A stretch of 64,000 nt of DNA from Eledone cirrhosa (GCA_964016885.1 OZ024741.1:222766001-222830000); one strand, 5' to 3'; numbered from the stretch's first letter, positions 12,471 to 25,430 are shown. The notes: generated by a model not told the origin, from the sequence alone. Numbers and translations: made by a program.

Positions 12471-13922
12471 CCGAATTCGTGTGGTAGAGACGAGTACACA
12501 TGTTGTTGAGGTGTTTAACTTTGTCAATACTCTGATATGCCCAGTTCCTGGTTGGGTTGTTGTTTCATTGAGGAACTGGAATCATATGAATTTAAGCAAA
12601 CGAATTTCAGCGTCAAAGGACATCTTCTCCTCTCATTGGTCAGTTGTGAGAACATTTCTCAGTCAAAATACTATAGAAATTCATTCAGAGGCAAGGCAAT
12701 CTGTTGTGGTTTTTCTTGTTATTACTAAGTACATCCGACCTCTACTCTTATGTTGGTAGTGGTGTTGATGTTAGAGTCAGCTTAAAAAAATGATAAAGTG
12801 GTAGAAGGAATAAGGTGGTAGAGGAACCAAATAAAATAATCAAATAAAATATGTGTGTGTTATACCCAATCTCAATGTTATAAAAATTTGTAAATTCACT
12901 CCTCCCATTGGTCAGTTATGAGAGCATTCCTCAGTCAAAAGTTTATAGAAATTCTTTCTGAGGTGAGGTTCCCTGTAGTGTTTGTTTTTGCTATTGTTAA
13001 GTACATCTGACCTCTACCCTTAATTTGGTAGTGTTGTTGGTGTTGTGGTCAGCCTATGTCTTGCTGCTGCTGACATTTATAAGTATCTGTGTGTGTTTTT
13101 CTTTATCCATCCTGTCACCATCTCTGGTGGTGGTGGTGAGGGGGGGGGTCTGCCATGTATATGAAGAAATAGAAGGCAATAAAATGAAGAAAACAGAAAA
13201 TAATAATAAATAATAAATAGAAAATAAATGAAAAATTAATTAATGAAAAATGAAACATGAAAAATGAGACATGAAAAATGAAAATGGAAATTGAAAAATG
13301 AAAAATGAAATATGAAAAAGAAATATGAAAAAAAATGAAATATGAAAATGAAAAGTGGAAAATAGAAGTGAAGATTCAAATAAAATAAAATAGTCAGAAA
13401 GATGTTGGCTAAAGTGGTAGGAGGAACAAGATGGTAAATGAATAAAACGAAATAAGATAATTAAATAAAAAGTGTGTGTTATAACCATTCTCAACTTAAA
13501 TATACATATTTTTATAACATTGAGATTGGGTATAACACACACATTTTATTTGATTATTTTATTTGGTTCCTCTACCACCTTATTCCTTCTACCACTTTAT
13601 CATTTTTTTAAGCTGACTCTAACATCAACACCACTACCAACATAAGAGTAGAGGTCGGATGTACTTAGCAATAACAAGAAAAACCACCACAGATTGCCTT
13701 GCCTCTGAATGAATTTCTATAGTATTTTGACTGAGGAATGTTCTCACAACTGACCAATGAGTGGAGAAGATGTCCTTTGACGCTGAAATTCGTTTGCTTA
13801 AATTCATATGATTCCAGTTCCTCAATTAAATAACAACCCAACCAGGAACTGGGCATATCAGAGTATTGACAAAGTTAAACACCTCAACAACATGTGTACT
13901 CGTCTCTACCACACTAATTCGG

Positions 13923-13977
13923 ACTGCCTGAAGAGGTCACAGCCAAAGATGGCTGTCACTGAAATATATATAGCAGT
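13923..13977 (+). ncRNA. Minimal type-I hammerhead ribozyme
   Basis: Inverted copy of the motif above; CTGAAGA at 13928 and GAAA at 13961. Confidence 0.7.
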
Positions 13978-14092
13978 AATAAACGAAGCCAAATTTTAAA
14001 CATTTGACTTATTTATTTTATTTTATTTTATATATATATATATATATATATATTCAAAATATTAACAAAATAAATATTCTTGTGATCAATTA

Positions 14093-14159
14093 TATTTTAT
14101 TATACATATTTCGGAGGTACTGGGTTAAGTTTAACGGTACCTCCTCATCAGATAAAATA
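14093..14159 (-). ncRNA. Type-I hammerhead ribozyme
   Basis: tattttat-CTGATGA-ggaggtac...gtacctcc-GAAA-tatgt-ATA-ataaaata: 8-bp stem I and at least 8-bp stem II. Confidence 0.8.
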
Positions 14160-14356
14160 GGATGATGTATTTTTTAACTGTTATATTGATGCCATGTATT
14201 TTTTAAGCTGTATTACACGCACCCTCTCTATTGTTTGTATTATGTTATCTCATGTTCTCAATATTAGGGTATAAATATTGAGTGTTGTCATATGTTAATC
14301 ACTACCATGACTGAATCTTAACCATCTACTATGTCAGGGTATGTCATGCATCATCC

Positions 14357-14423
14357 TATTTTATCTGATGAGGACGTACTGTTAAACTTAACTCAGTACC
14401 TCTGAAATATGTATAATAAAATA
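14357..14423 (+). ncRNA. Type-I hammerhead ribozyme
   Basis: CTGATGA at 14365, GAAA at 14404, stem I tattttat/ataaaata. Confidence 0.7.
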
Positions 14424-14828
14424 TAATTGATCACAAGAATATCTATTTTGTTAATATTTTGAATTAATATTACTAACTCTGGAAAACCTTTTTTACTGTT
14501 GAGTGCTTCCAATCTATTGTAAAACTCATTCTTTGATGCATTCATTGAACCTTGTTTAACTTTTAAATATATATATATATATATATATAGAGGTTATATT
14601 TAATTTGTTGGGATACAACATATATATATATATATATGTTGTATCCCAACAAAGAAAGTGACAACACAAAATATAACTACTCCATTGCCTTTGCTAATGG
14701 AGTAGTTATATTTTGTGTTGTTCACTTTCTAATTAAATGGCTCTGTTCTATACATAGAGCACACTTTTTTCCTTTCCTTTTCCTTCGGAATTACCTAACA
14801 CACACACACACACACACACATAGTTATA

Positions 14829-14932
<104 letters not shown>

Positions 14933-15141
14933 AGCTCTGTGTGAACCCCATTGCATCGAGTTTTAAACCCCTCTGGTAAAGTTTATACCAAATAATAACA
15001 ATATATTATATATATATATATATAGTTGAAGAAAGAACACAAACACAGGGATGTAAAAACACAAAGTCTTATTAGAATCACGCTTAGAGGGGAGTAAGAG
15101 AGAGAGAGAAAGAAAGAGAGCGTGAAGTCTGTTCAAACAAA

Positions 15142-15225
<84 letters not shown>

Positions 15226-15239
15226 CACGCGCTCTATAC

Positions 15240-15337
15240 CGTCTCCAACTCCCAATGTTGACGTTCAGTTCCAGTTGGCAGACTTCATCACAATCCTCAG
15301 ACAGATTAACCAACTTGATATTTCTGGACTCATTAAT
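15240..15337 (-). CDS. Candidate exon E (INESRNIKLVNLSEDCDEVCQLELNVNIGSWR); acceptor uncertain, alternative exon boundary at 15323
   Basis: Stop-free unique island between (CA)n and a GGTT minisatellite; |GTATAG donor-like site at 15234-15239. Confidence 0.4.
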
Positions 15338-15371
15338 CTCATTACATTATATTACACTGGCGTTCTCTTTG

Positions 15372-16580
15372 TTGGCTGGTTAACTGGTCAGTTGGTTAGT
15401 CGGTTGGTGGGTTAGTGGTTTGGGGTTGGTGGGCTGGTTGATTGGTGGGCTGGCTGGTCGGTTGGTGGTTGGTGGTTAGTCGGTTAGTTGGCTGGTTGGT
15501 AGGTGGGTTTGTGGGTGCGTTAGTCGGTTGGCTGGCTGGCTGGTCGGAGGGTTGGCTAGTCGGTCGGTGGTATGTGTTTGGTGGTTAGTGGGTTGGTGGG
15601 TTGGTGGGCTGGTCGGTGGTATGTGTTTGGTGGTTGGTGGGTTGGTGGGCTGATCGGTGGTATGTGTTTGGTGGTTAGTGGGTTGGTGGGTTGGTGGGTT
15701 GGTGAGCTGGTCGGTGGTATGTGTTTGGTGGTTAGTGGGTTGGTGGGTTGGTGGGTTGGTGGGCTGGTCGGTGGTATGTGTTTGGTGGTTAGTGGGTTGG
15801 TGGGTTGGTGGGTTGGTGGGTTGGTGGGCTGGTGGGCTGGTCGGTGGTATGTGTTTGGTGGTTAGTGGGTTGGTGGGTTGGTGGGTTGGTCGGTGGTATG
15901 TCTTTGGTGGTTAGTGGGTTGGTGGGTTGGTGGGCTGGTCGGTGGTATGTTTGGTGGTTAGTGGGTTGGTGGGTTGGTGGGTTGGTGGGTTGGTCGGTGG
16001 TATGTCTTTGGTGGTTAGTGGGTTGGTGGGTTGGTGGGCTGGTCGGTGGTATGTGTTTGGTGGTTAGTGGGTTGGTGGGTTGGTGGGTTGGTCGGTGGTA
16101 TGTCTTTGGTGGTTAGTGGGTTGGTGGGTTGGTGGGTTGGTGGGCTGGTCGGTGGTATGTGTTTGGTGGTTAGTGGGTTGGCTGGTTGGTGGGAGGGTGG
16201 GTTGATCAGTTGGTGGACTGATGTGTGGGTTGATCGGTTGGTTGGTAGGCTGACTGGATGGCAGGTTAATCACATGGTTTGTTGCTGGTGGTTACTCGGT
16301 TGGTCAGCTGGTTTGTTGCTGGTGGTTAGTCGGTTGATCAGTTGGTTTGTGGTTGGTGGGCAGTTTGGTAGGCTGTTAGGCTACATGTTGTTATGGGGGA
16401 GATAACTGTTGGTTGACTGTTTATTTGGTTGGTTCGTTGGATAGTTAGTTGGTTTGGTTGGCGGGACAGGGTGGAGGTTGGTTGGATGGCTGGTTGATGA
16501 GATATGGGTGGGTTGGATGGTTGATGGGATAGGGGTGGGTTGGATGGTTGGTTTATTTTGGTTGATGAGTCGGTTAGTTG
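15372..16580. repeat. G-rich minisatellite (GGTCGGTGGTATGTGTTTGGTGGTTAGT followed by variable GGGTTGGT units)
   Basis: About 14 variable-length units at 15560-16190 inside GGTT/GGCT low-complexity sequence. Confidence 0.9.
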
Positions 16581-17027
16581 CTTGTTTTATTTTTTTATTT
16601 CTTGAACTTCCTTTTCAATTATGTCTTACCTTTATTTTTTAATACTTTCTTGGTACATCCCCACTCCCATCACGGTCATCGGCGTCACCATCAGCACCAG
16701 CATCACTGTTACCAGCACTATCATCATTATCATTGTAAACATCACCACCTTCAACATCATCACGATCATCGTCATCACCACCACAACCATCACCACAAAC
16801 ATGATTATCATTGTAGCCATTATCAGCATCACCGTTATCACCAACACCTTCATGATCATCGCCGTCACCACCACCACCACCACCATCACCACCACTACCA
16901 CCATTACCATCAACATTAACATCATTGTAACCATCAACAATATCAACAAATCTCCTGATGATCACCTGTGGTCCACCAGCACTACCACCTCAATCAATAT
17001 TACCTCATCCCAATCATCGCCACTACC

Positions 17028-17207
17028 CAGTGCCGGATTTAGGACAACTGAGGCCCCTGTGCTAGTTAAGTTATGAGGCCCCTTACTTCGGCCCTGTATG
17101 AGGTAATTTATCTAAAAAAAAATTTTGGTAGGAAGATGCCCCCTTCCCACTAGCCAACGGGGCTCTGTGTTTAAGCACACCTAAGCACAATGGTAAATCC
17201 GTCATTA
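17028..17207. mobile_element. hAT-family MITE
   Basis: TIRs CAGTGCCGGATTTA / TAAATCCGTCATTA with a perfect 8-bp TSD CCACTACC (17020-27, 17208-15). Confidence 0.85.
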
Positions 17208-17980
17208 CCACTACCACCACTATTTTCATTGTCAGTTCTATCACTACCACTGTTAATAACATCACCACAACTATCATCATAACCATTACAATTATCGCTG
17301 CTCTATCTTCTAGAAAAAGCAGATGTTTTAGTTAAATATTTTTAACCTTTCAGCTTTGTATATGTTGTGTTCTATTTTGAACAATATTTATAGATATATA
17401 TAAAATATATTTTACGATACAACTTCCGATTAAGTATCTTTAATATTTTCATTCCTTCTTAATGACTTTCTGCCTGCTCTGGTGCTTGTATAACACACAA
17501 TTTAGCTTTTCTGACTTGTTTCTTTCCTCTTCTTATGTTATTGCTTATACAATATGCTACCATTTTGATTGAAAAATGGGAACGATAGACAAACATGAAT
17601 TTGCAATTTATGTATATATTATTGAAACAAACACTAGTATCGCTAAATTTAATCGCATTTGAGTTGGAGGACACACGTGGGAAATGGGAAAAAAAATGTG
17701 TAAGTGAAATGGCGAAAAGATTTGCACGTATGTCAGAATTTAAGAGACTAAAACGAACTGATATCTCAGGAAATTAATAATATAACGATTGATAAGAATT
17801 AAGAAACAGACGACGTTGCAAATACAATCGAAATAGTTTTCTCTGCGGCGAAAAACGTAGTACAGCGCTTTCCAATTAGTATAGTGACGAAAAATATCTT
17901 ATAAACAAATACAATTAATATAAATAAATATATATATAGAGAGAGAGAGAGAAAGATGTGTGTATTTGTGTATACATACA

Positions 17981-18016
<36 letters not shown>

Positions 18017-18019
18017 TAC

Positions 18020-18050
<31 letters not shown>

Positions 18051-18060
18051 CATACATACA

Positions 18061-18151
<91 letters not shown>

Positions 18152-18309
18152 TATACATATATATACATTCCAATTCTAATATATATATATATATATATAT
18201 ACATTAGGGTAGGATTAAATTAATAGTTATGTATGTATATGTGTGTGCGTATATATGTAGACACACACGCATATATAAGTATGTATATTATGTATATACA
18301 TATATATAT

Positions 18310-18389
<80 letters not shown>

Positions 18390-18425
18390 GTGTGTGTGTG
18401 TGTATATGTGTGTGTGTATATATAC

Positions 18426-18458
<33 letters not shown>

Positions 18459-18884
18459 CATAATATACATACATATATATGTGCGTGTGTCTACATACAT
18501 ACATATATACTTAACAATTAATTTAATGCTACCATCATGTATAAAGTTATTTATGTGGGGTTTTTTTTCTTTATATTTCCTTCTTCACTTGGTTCCTTTT
18601 CCTTACCTTTCTTTCTTCATTGCTTCTTTCTGAAGCCATATCTTTGTCTGTCAAAGTGAAATACATGAATACAATGATTCAGTCAATGATTGAATACGTA
18701 AGGGATTACACTGTAAATTTGCAAACGACTATAATTCTTTCTATATATATTTGATCTGTTTCTGTATTTGTATGTTCGTTTGACTAAAATATTCTCAGTG
18801 TCGCAGACTGTTTGAAGAATAATTAATATCTGTCGCAAAGAAGGAATGACGAAGAGGGCGATAATTGATCAGAAACCGCTAGAG

Positions 18885-19176
18885 CAGGCATGGGCAACCT
18901 TTTTCGAGAAGCGGACCGCATGAGATATGGCTCATCATCAAGCGGGCCGCAAGTGCTAATTTACATTCGTGCCCACATTAAAAAAAAAGGGTGGTAACTC
19001 AGGTTGTTTTGATTTGTTTCTTCAGAATTCATACACATTGTTTTCCTCGATCGTAAAAATGATAGAAAGATAAATTATGACTGAAAAGTTAGGGTAAAAA
19101 AATCAGAAAGATTTCACTTAGGTGACTTAGGCGAGCCATTCAGAAAGCTTCGCGGGCCGCAAGTTGCCCATGACTG
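18885..19176. mobile_element. hAT (Charlie-like) MITE
   Basis: TIRs CAGGCATGGGCAAC / GTTGCCCATGACTG; TSD CGCTAGAG / CGCTACAC; subterminal GCGGGCCGCA motifs. Confidence 0.8.
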
Positions 19177-19195
19177 CGCTACACCAACTTAGAAA

Positions 19196-19279
<84 letters not shown>

Positions 19280-19328
19280 ACTCTCTCTCCTGTCTCGCCC
19301 TATCTCCCTCTGTATGTATGTATATATA

Positions 19329-19860
19329 CGAGGGGGCTTCAAGAAGTTCGTGGAAAAATGACAGTTGGAAAAAGACAGTCTAAGTTATGATGTTTATTTT
19401 TCAACATATGCTCCATCTAGCTTAATACACTTCTGCTTGTGTTGATACCAGCCTTTAAGTCCATCGCTGTAAAACTGACGACCATGCGATTTAAGCCATG
19501 TCAAAGCAGTTTTTTTTACATCTTCAACCTCATCTCTTCTACTTCTAAAACGACTTATCCATTTGTAGGTTGTTGATTTCTCTGTGGCATTGTCTCCATA
19601 AACTTGCTCCACAGCGTCAATGATTTGGCTGCTCTTCCACCCTAGCTTCACGATGAATTTGATGTTTTGATGGGGGTCATGTTGCTTGAACGGGTGCTGA
19701 CTTCCGACTGGTGGCACCGCGTTGCAACATGCATTTAATGGTTCATGCTATAACATGTTATGACAAGTTAGTACGAGAACGTACAGGTGCATTGAGATCA
19801 AAATCCTTGCATATGGTTTTTAGCTACGTAATTTTTCCACAAACTTTTGAAGCCTCCTCG
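19329..19860 (-). mobile_element. Internally deleted mariner element
   Basis: TA TSD; TIRs CGAGGGGGCTTCAAGAAGTTCGTGGAAAAAT / ATTTTTCCACAAACTTTTGAAGCCTCCTCG; HTH (IKFIVKLG..VYGD..KWISRFR) fused to C-terminal KCIKLDGAYVEK. Confidence 0.9.
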
Positions 19861-19962
19861 TATATAACATATTTGTCTTGTTATATAGGTGTATCTATGT
19901 AGACATAGCTAAAGCAGAGAAAAGCAGACAGCCAGACATATACATATATGTGTGTGTGAATA

Positions 19963-20051
<89 letters not shown>

Positions 20052-20099
20052 ATCTATCTATCTGTCTATCTTTCTCTCTCTCTCATATATATATATAAT

Positions 20100-20214
20100 G
20101 TCCCTAGGGCATTGAAAATTCGAAATATCTTTTGCTCAAAACACTCACACGACCATGTGTAAAGTTTGAAAAAAAAATCGGCTGCGTGGTTCTCGAGTTT
20201 TAGGGAAACAGACA

Positions 20215-20220
<6 letters not shown>
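20100..20220 (-). mobile_element. Helitron 5' fragment
   Basis: Diverged reverse complement of 20750-20868. Confidence 0.65.
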
Positions 20221-20275
<55 letters not shown>

Positions 20276-20318
20276 GGGGGGGAGTTATAGTTCACTTGAA
20301 GCATTGTGTAATGAGGTA

Positions 20319-20688
20319 TAAACGTTTGTATATGTATAATAAAGCCAAAACAATGCAGGTATGGACATAGAATAAAGAATGCAAATGCAAAAGATATTGT
20401 TGACAATAAGTCTTTTATCTTAGATTTATTTAAATGTCCTTAATTTCGAGATAATATCTCTTCTTTGGAGAGGGAAGTAAAGCGGTTACACCAGTGTTCT
20501 AAATAGCTATTTAGAACACTGGTTTAACTGCTTTACTTCCCTCCAAAGAAGAGATATTATCTCGAAAATTAAGGACTTATTGTCAACAATATCTTTTGCA
20601 TTTGCAAAAGATATTGTTGCATTTGCATTCTTTATTCTATGTCCATACCTGCATTGTTTTGGCTTTATTATACATATACAAACGTTTA
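20319..20688. repeat. Spacer-less palindrome of about 370 bp
   Basis: Centre AAATAG|CTATTT at 20506/20507; arms are reverse complements apart from small indels. Confidence 0.9.
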
Positions 20689-20706
20689 CATATATATATA
20701 TATACA

Positions 20707-21580
20707 TCTATATATATATAAAACAGAATGTATGTCTGTCTGTCTGTCTGTCTGTCTGTTTCCCTAAAACTCGAGAACCACCCAACCGATCTTTTTCAAA
20801 CTGTAATACTTATGGCCGTGTGAGCGTTTTGAGCAAATAATATTTCAAATTTTTAATGCTCTAGGGACCGCATTAGGCGAAAATCCACATATTTTAGGCT
20901 TTAAAGGCGTCTTTGAGGCGTAACGGAACAATAATCCAGGCGATTTCTTCAAATTTTGCATTACTTATGTCTTTTAAAGTGTTTTGAGCGAAACAGATTT
21001 TCTCATTTTTTGCCCCAGGGACCGCATTAGGCGAAAAACCAATTTTTAAAAGCATTTTGGTTGCGTTAGGGCCTGTAACTCGAGAAGTACCCAACCGATT
21101 TTTTTTTTAACTTTTGCATATGCATTACTTATGTTTCACAATTTTTCTTGACTGAAAAAGATTTCAAATTTTTTCCCGGGGACCGCATTGTTTTGCACTT
21201 TGGTTGCGTTGGCGCCTGTAACCTTAAAAGTATCCAACTAAATTCGTTCATGCTCTCCACCACTGCAGTCCCACATGCTTACTGCTCTGTAACTATTGCT
21301 TTCATTGTACCATAGCACAACAAATAAATGTTCGGTTTGTCGAATGCCTTTTTACTTAACCCTATCTCGTCTTGGCTTTCGTGGGTTGAGCATTTTACTC
21401 TCAGACACCCAATTAAGTTAAACCCCTGGTAATCTACGACGAATTTATTTTATAAGCACAAAATGTAGACACCATCCCCAGGCCGAGGTATTCCGTACTG
21501 CTCTGTATTGTTTCAGAAAGAAGGGATAAACATGCCAATCTATGTTTAGAATCCCGAGCAACGCCAGGCCATTCTGCTAG
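20707..21580 (+). mobile_element. Non-autonomous Helitron
   Basis: A|TC 5' end, (TCTG)n tract, internal repeats, subterminal hairpin CCCGAGCAACGCCAGG and CTAG|T 3' end. Confidence 0.85.
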
Positions 21581-21766
<186 letters not shown>

Positions 21767-21814
21767 TATTAAGAAAATAATAGAAAAATCTATTCTACGA
21801 AAATTATAAAACAT

Positions 21815-22172
21815 TTACAGAACTTCAGTATATACAATGTTTTTAACTGTTTTCTTTGGAGCATATATAAAGAGTTTATGGGTTCTTCCTAGTCTGGAAC
21901 AACCTAAATACAACTGACTATGTAAGAAACAGCCCTCTTCTAGATGGAGACCGTCAACCTGCAGGGCTGGGCCTTGAGACTTGTTGATGGTCATTGCATA
22001 ACTGACTCCCAATGGGAATTGCAATCGTTTGAAACGAAAAGAACATATGTTGGTACTAGCGGCATTCTAGGTATAAATACGATGTCTCACTTACCACATC
22101 CAGTGAGGATTTGGGTTTCGATAGTGTGAGGGTGTAGTTCAGTTACAACCAATCGCGTCCCGTTGCACAATT
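21815..22172 (-). pseudogene. Helitron Pif1-type helicase C-terminal remnant
   Basis: LCNGTRLVV..., QFPLGVSYAMTINKSQG, QLYLGCSR, KNIVYTEVL. Confidence 0.9.
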
Positions 22173-22498
22173 GTTTTTCATCATAATTATAATCATCTCT
22201 TTCCCACATACATTTCCCCATTAATATAACTCTTCTTCTTGCTCTTAATTAATTGTTTTATTTATTGTATTTCAATCTATTTCTTATATAGTTAATTTTG
22301 GTATCGGTAATAATATTCACAGTTGTTGCAGACCTGTTGAAAAAATGTGGCTTGGATGGACTGGTTGTCACTACTATTATAGCAGACGCTAAGACTTCTA
22401 CTACAACAGATAATGATAGAAAGAGGAAGAAGTGCTACCAGCCGTTTTTGTTGCTTCCTAAACTGACCAGCACTTCAACTAAAACTCTTGGTGTCATA

Positions 22499-22549
22499 CA
22501 GGGGGCCGGCCGTCAAAGAAACAACACCTCACGTTTGGCCGGCCCCCTG
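22499..22549. mobile_element. 51-bp Tc1/mariner-type mini-MITE
   Basis: TA|CAGGGGGCCGGCC ... GGCCGGCCCCCTG|TA. Confidence 0.55.
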
Positions 22550-22864
22550 TATCATACCTTTTTTCGGTGAAATTATTGGATTTTTCCAAGTTTAAAAGAT
22601 TCTTAGGGACTCTCTACACTTATTTTAGGTTTTGCTGTCTAAAGAGCTCAGGCTATTATAATTGATAGTCCTCGGTGAAATATGTATAACGGAGATTTAA
22701 ATAAACTTGAATCAAATGAATATGGCCTCCGATCTCTTATTAATACTAACAGAAGAACCGCCCTTCGGCCGGTTTTCTGCTAGCATTTGTAGTGTGCGTA
22801 TTGGTAATGTACGCAAATGTATATGCATATGGATATATGTAAATTGAAAAGTAAATTGACAATA

Positions 22865-23498
22865 TCTTCTTCACCCACTTATTTCTGAGAGAGTCGTGGG
22901 GGCAGAATCCTTCTCAAACACTCCTTCCAGCGAGTCTGTCAGTAGCAAACATCTGTAACTGATCCAGTTGGATCCCAAAGCGTGACCAGCCAAGCTCATG
23001 GATGTTGTCCAACTATCTTGCTCAGGGTCTACCTCTGGGTCTCCTGTCGGTTGGTTTTGCCTGTAAAATCTGTCCAGCGATTCTGAGACATTCTAACCAC
23101 ATGTCCAGAGTATCGGGGCTGTGATCTCTACCAGGAGTAGCGACTCTACCAGGAGTGACTCTCTGACCTTTGAGCTATGCCCTTTATCGACTAAAGTTAC
23201 TCCAAAGACCCTTCAGATGAACCCCATTTCGGCTGCTTATATTTGCAATCGTATTCTTTCGGTCATTTCCCAAGATTCATGACTATAGGTAAGGGTTGGC
23301 AGGAATACCAGGAAGACAGCGAGTTTGGCTTTACACCTACCCCCCTTCTGATTACTGAATGCTGAAGCTATCGCATTACTGCATCAGCTTTTGCAATTCT
23401 TGCACTTAATTCAGCCTCCTGCATTCCATCACTCGTGAACACGGCCCCAAGATACTTGAACTTCTCTAACTGCTTCAGTGGAACTCTATTCACATGTA
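22865..23498 (-). mobile_element. RTE-clade LINE 3' fragment
   Basis: VPLKQLEKFKYLGAVFTSDG..RIAKA, PTLTYSHESW and AAEMGF motifs; same family as 30900-31490. Confidence 0.85.
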
Positions 23499-23641
23499 TA
23501 TAACTTTGAGCGACTTCTGTCCATCCGTCCATCACACAATGTGTATGTGTGCTTGTGTGAATGTATGTGTGTGTAAAAGGAAAGAAGGGGATACACACTT
23601 ATATATGTCTCTAACTTAAAAACGGTGACATATACACGCTT

Positions 23642-23691
<50 letters not shown>

Positions 23692-23857
23692 CACGGCTAT
23701 TTACCAATATGGGTTTGTTTTTATTGAGTTATTATTTTAAATCGAGACAGGCAAACTATATATATTTATTTGTATTAGTTTATTTCATTCTAGCTAACTT
23801 CGTCTTTTACAATACAAACACTTATGTGTTTATCATATATTAATTTATATTAACTTG

Positions 23858-23935
<78 letters not shown>

Positions 23936-24429
23936 TAAGACACTCACACATATATATGACACACACATAGACACACGCGTGGTGGTGGTGGCGATATACC
24001 GGAAGTTGAAATTTGAAACGCTTAAAAGAAGTGGATCTTGAAATAAGCAATACGTTAAATTATAATTATTTATGTTTAATCATATTTAGTAGATATTTGG
24101 CAAAGAGTTGCGGCCCTTTATGGTCTGAGTTCAAATCCCGCCGGGGTTAACTTTGCCTTTCCTCCTTACGGGGTCTTCTGGAGAATCATTATAGTTTCGG
24201 ACGCTTTAAGACAGGACTAATCACCACCAGTGCATCAATAGAATTCACGGAGTTATCCATGGATAGCTATTCGATATGAAAACACAACGGACGTTGGACA
24301 AAATAACACAAAACAAAACAAGAAGAAATAACTACATACTGATATGGAACTGGAAAATTGCTACAATCGAAAGCAACACAAATGTGGGTAAGTAACCGTA
24401 ATAGAAATGAAGGAGTGAATGAAATTAAT

Positions 24430-24616
24430 TGTTTCTACGTTAGGCACAAGGCCAGCAATTACTCAGTGCATTACTGGTACTTTATTTTATCGACCCCGTA
24501 AGGATGAAAGGCAAAGTTAACCTTGGCGAGATTTGAACTCAGAATGGCAAGGGCCGTAACTATGCGTCAAAGCAAGGCGTCCGACCCTCTACCGATACTG
24601 CCAATCCACCGCCCTA
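24430..24616 (-). mobile_element. Young tRNA-derived SINE (Deu/Nin-like body) with 17-bp TSD
   Basis: A box TGGCAGTATCGG, B box GAGTTCAAATC, body GCCTTTCATCCTTACGGGGTCGATAAAATAAAGTACCAG; TSD GAGTGAATGAAATTAAT at 24413 and 24617. Confidence 0.9.
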
Positions 24617-24862
24617 GAGTGAATGAAATTAATACAAATTAGTTCGAGCAGTAACCCTAAAATTAGTGACAGCTCGACTAGGCGGATAAGAGTGGAGGTG
24701 GAAGGTTGGTATATATATATATATGTAAAAGGTAAACATATCTATATACTGTATATAATGCCATCGACATCATCATAGTTGTCTAAACATCTGTTTTTTC
24801 TAAATAGGTTTACAATATGTGTGTGTGTTGTGTGTATGTAGGTATATATGTATTGAAGTATT

Positions 24863-24961
<99 letters not shown>

Positions 24962-25086
24962 TGTGGGTAGTAGAGTGAATTACTGGTGTTGGTACCAAAT
25001 CAAGCACTCTATGCAGAGGCCGAGAGTATATGACAGAAAAAACGAGGAGGTTTCGTTTACATATATAACATATTTATTGTGTATCG

Positions 25087-25178
25087 ACCTGTTACGCGCG
25101 TTTCGCAGAGGATTGGCTCAAGGTAACCCATAGGAGTTATGGATCCGACTCCAGTATCGATCTGCTCGTCAGACTGGT
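25087..25178 (-). ncRNA. Hammerhead ribozyme with extended stem II
   Basis: accagt-CTGACGA-gcaga...tctgc-GAAA-cgcgc-GTA-acaggt. Confidence 0.65.
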
Positions 25179-25430
25179 GATGTGACAAAAAAAAATTAAT
25201 TACCTTAATGCATGATATATATTTCTGTTTCGTGGTTATGCATATGACTTCATCAGATTCTCATACAATCATAGGTATAATTATGCATCCAAGGAGATAT
25301 GTCGGGGGTCATGTATTACCATCCAGTTTTGATGCCAGCAGACATATGAACACGTTATCTTCTGCCATATATATATATATATATATATATAGAAATTACA
25401 TGAATCAAAGTTCTGTTTAAACCATTTATT

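Larger units (their letters stand above)
12275..14030. mobile_element. Penelope-like derivative with inverted arms of about 520 bp (12363-12886 / 13508-14030), each carrying a hammerhead motif
   Basis: Arms are near-perfect reverse complements; hammerhead cores at 12416-12470 (-) and 13923-13977 (+); (TA)n on the right flank. Confidence 0.7.
14051..14568. mobile_element. Penelope-like derivative with inverted arms (14051-14167 / 14348-14464) in (TA)n
   Basis: Reverse-complement arms with hammerheads; 14470-14568 matches 37417-37505 in reverse. Confidence 0.7.

Noticed and set aside
15234-15330. Reading the CTATAC sites as + strand AT-AC (U12) acceptors
   Set aside because: There are no matching ATATCCTT donors or TCCTTAAC branch sites at the islands.
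15372-16580. Telomere-like or functional G-quadruplex array
   Set aside because: It is not TTAGGG; G4 potential is generic to this minisatellite and nothing indicates function.
24185-24235. Hammerhead-like GTCCGAAAC on the minus strand (also TCGAAACGGCCG at about 26965)
   Set aside because: No intact CUGANGA core with a closing stem II.
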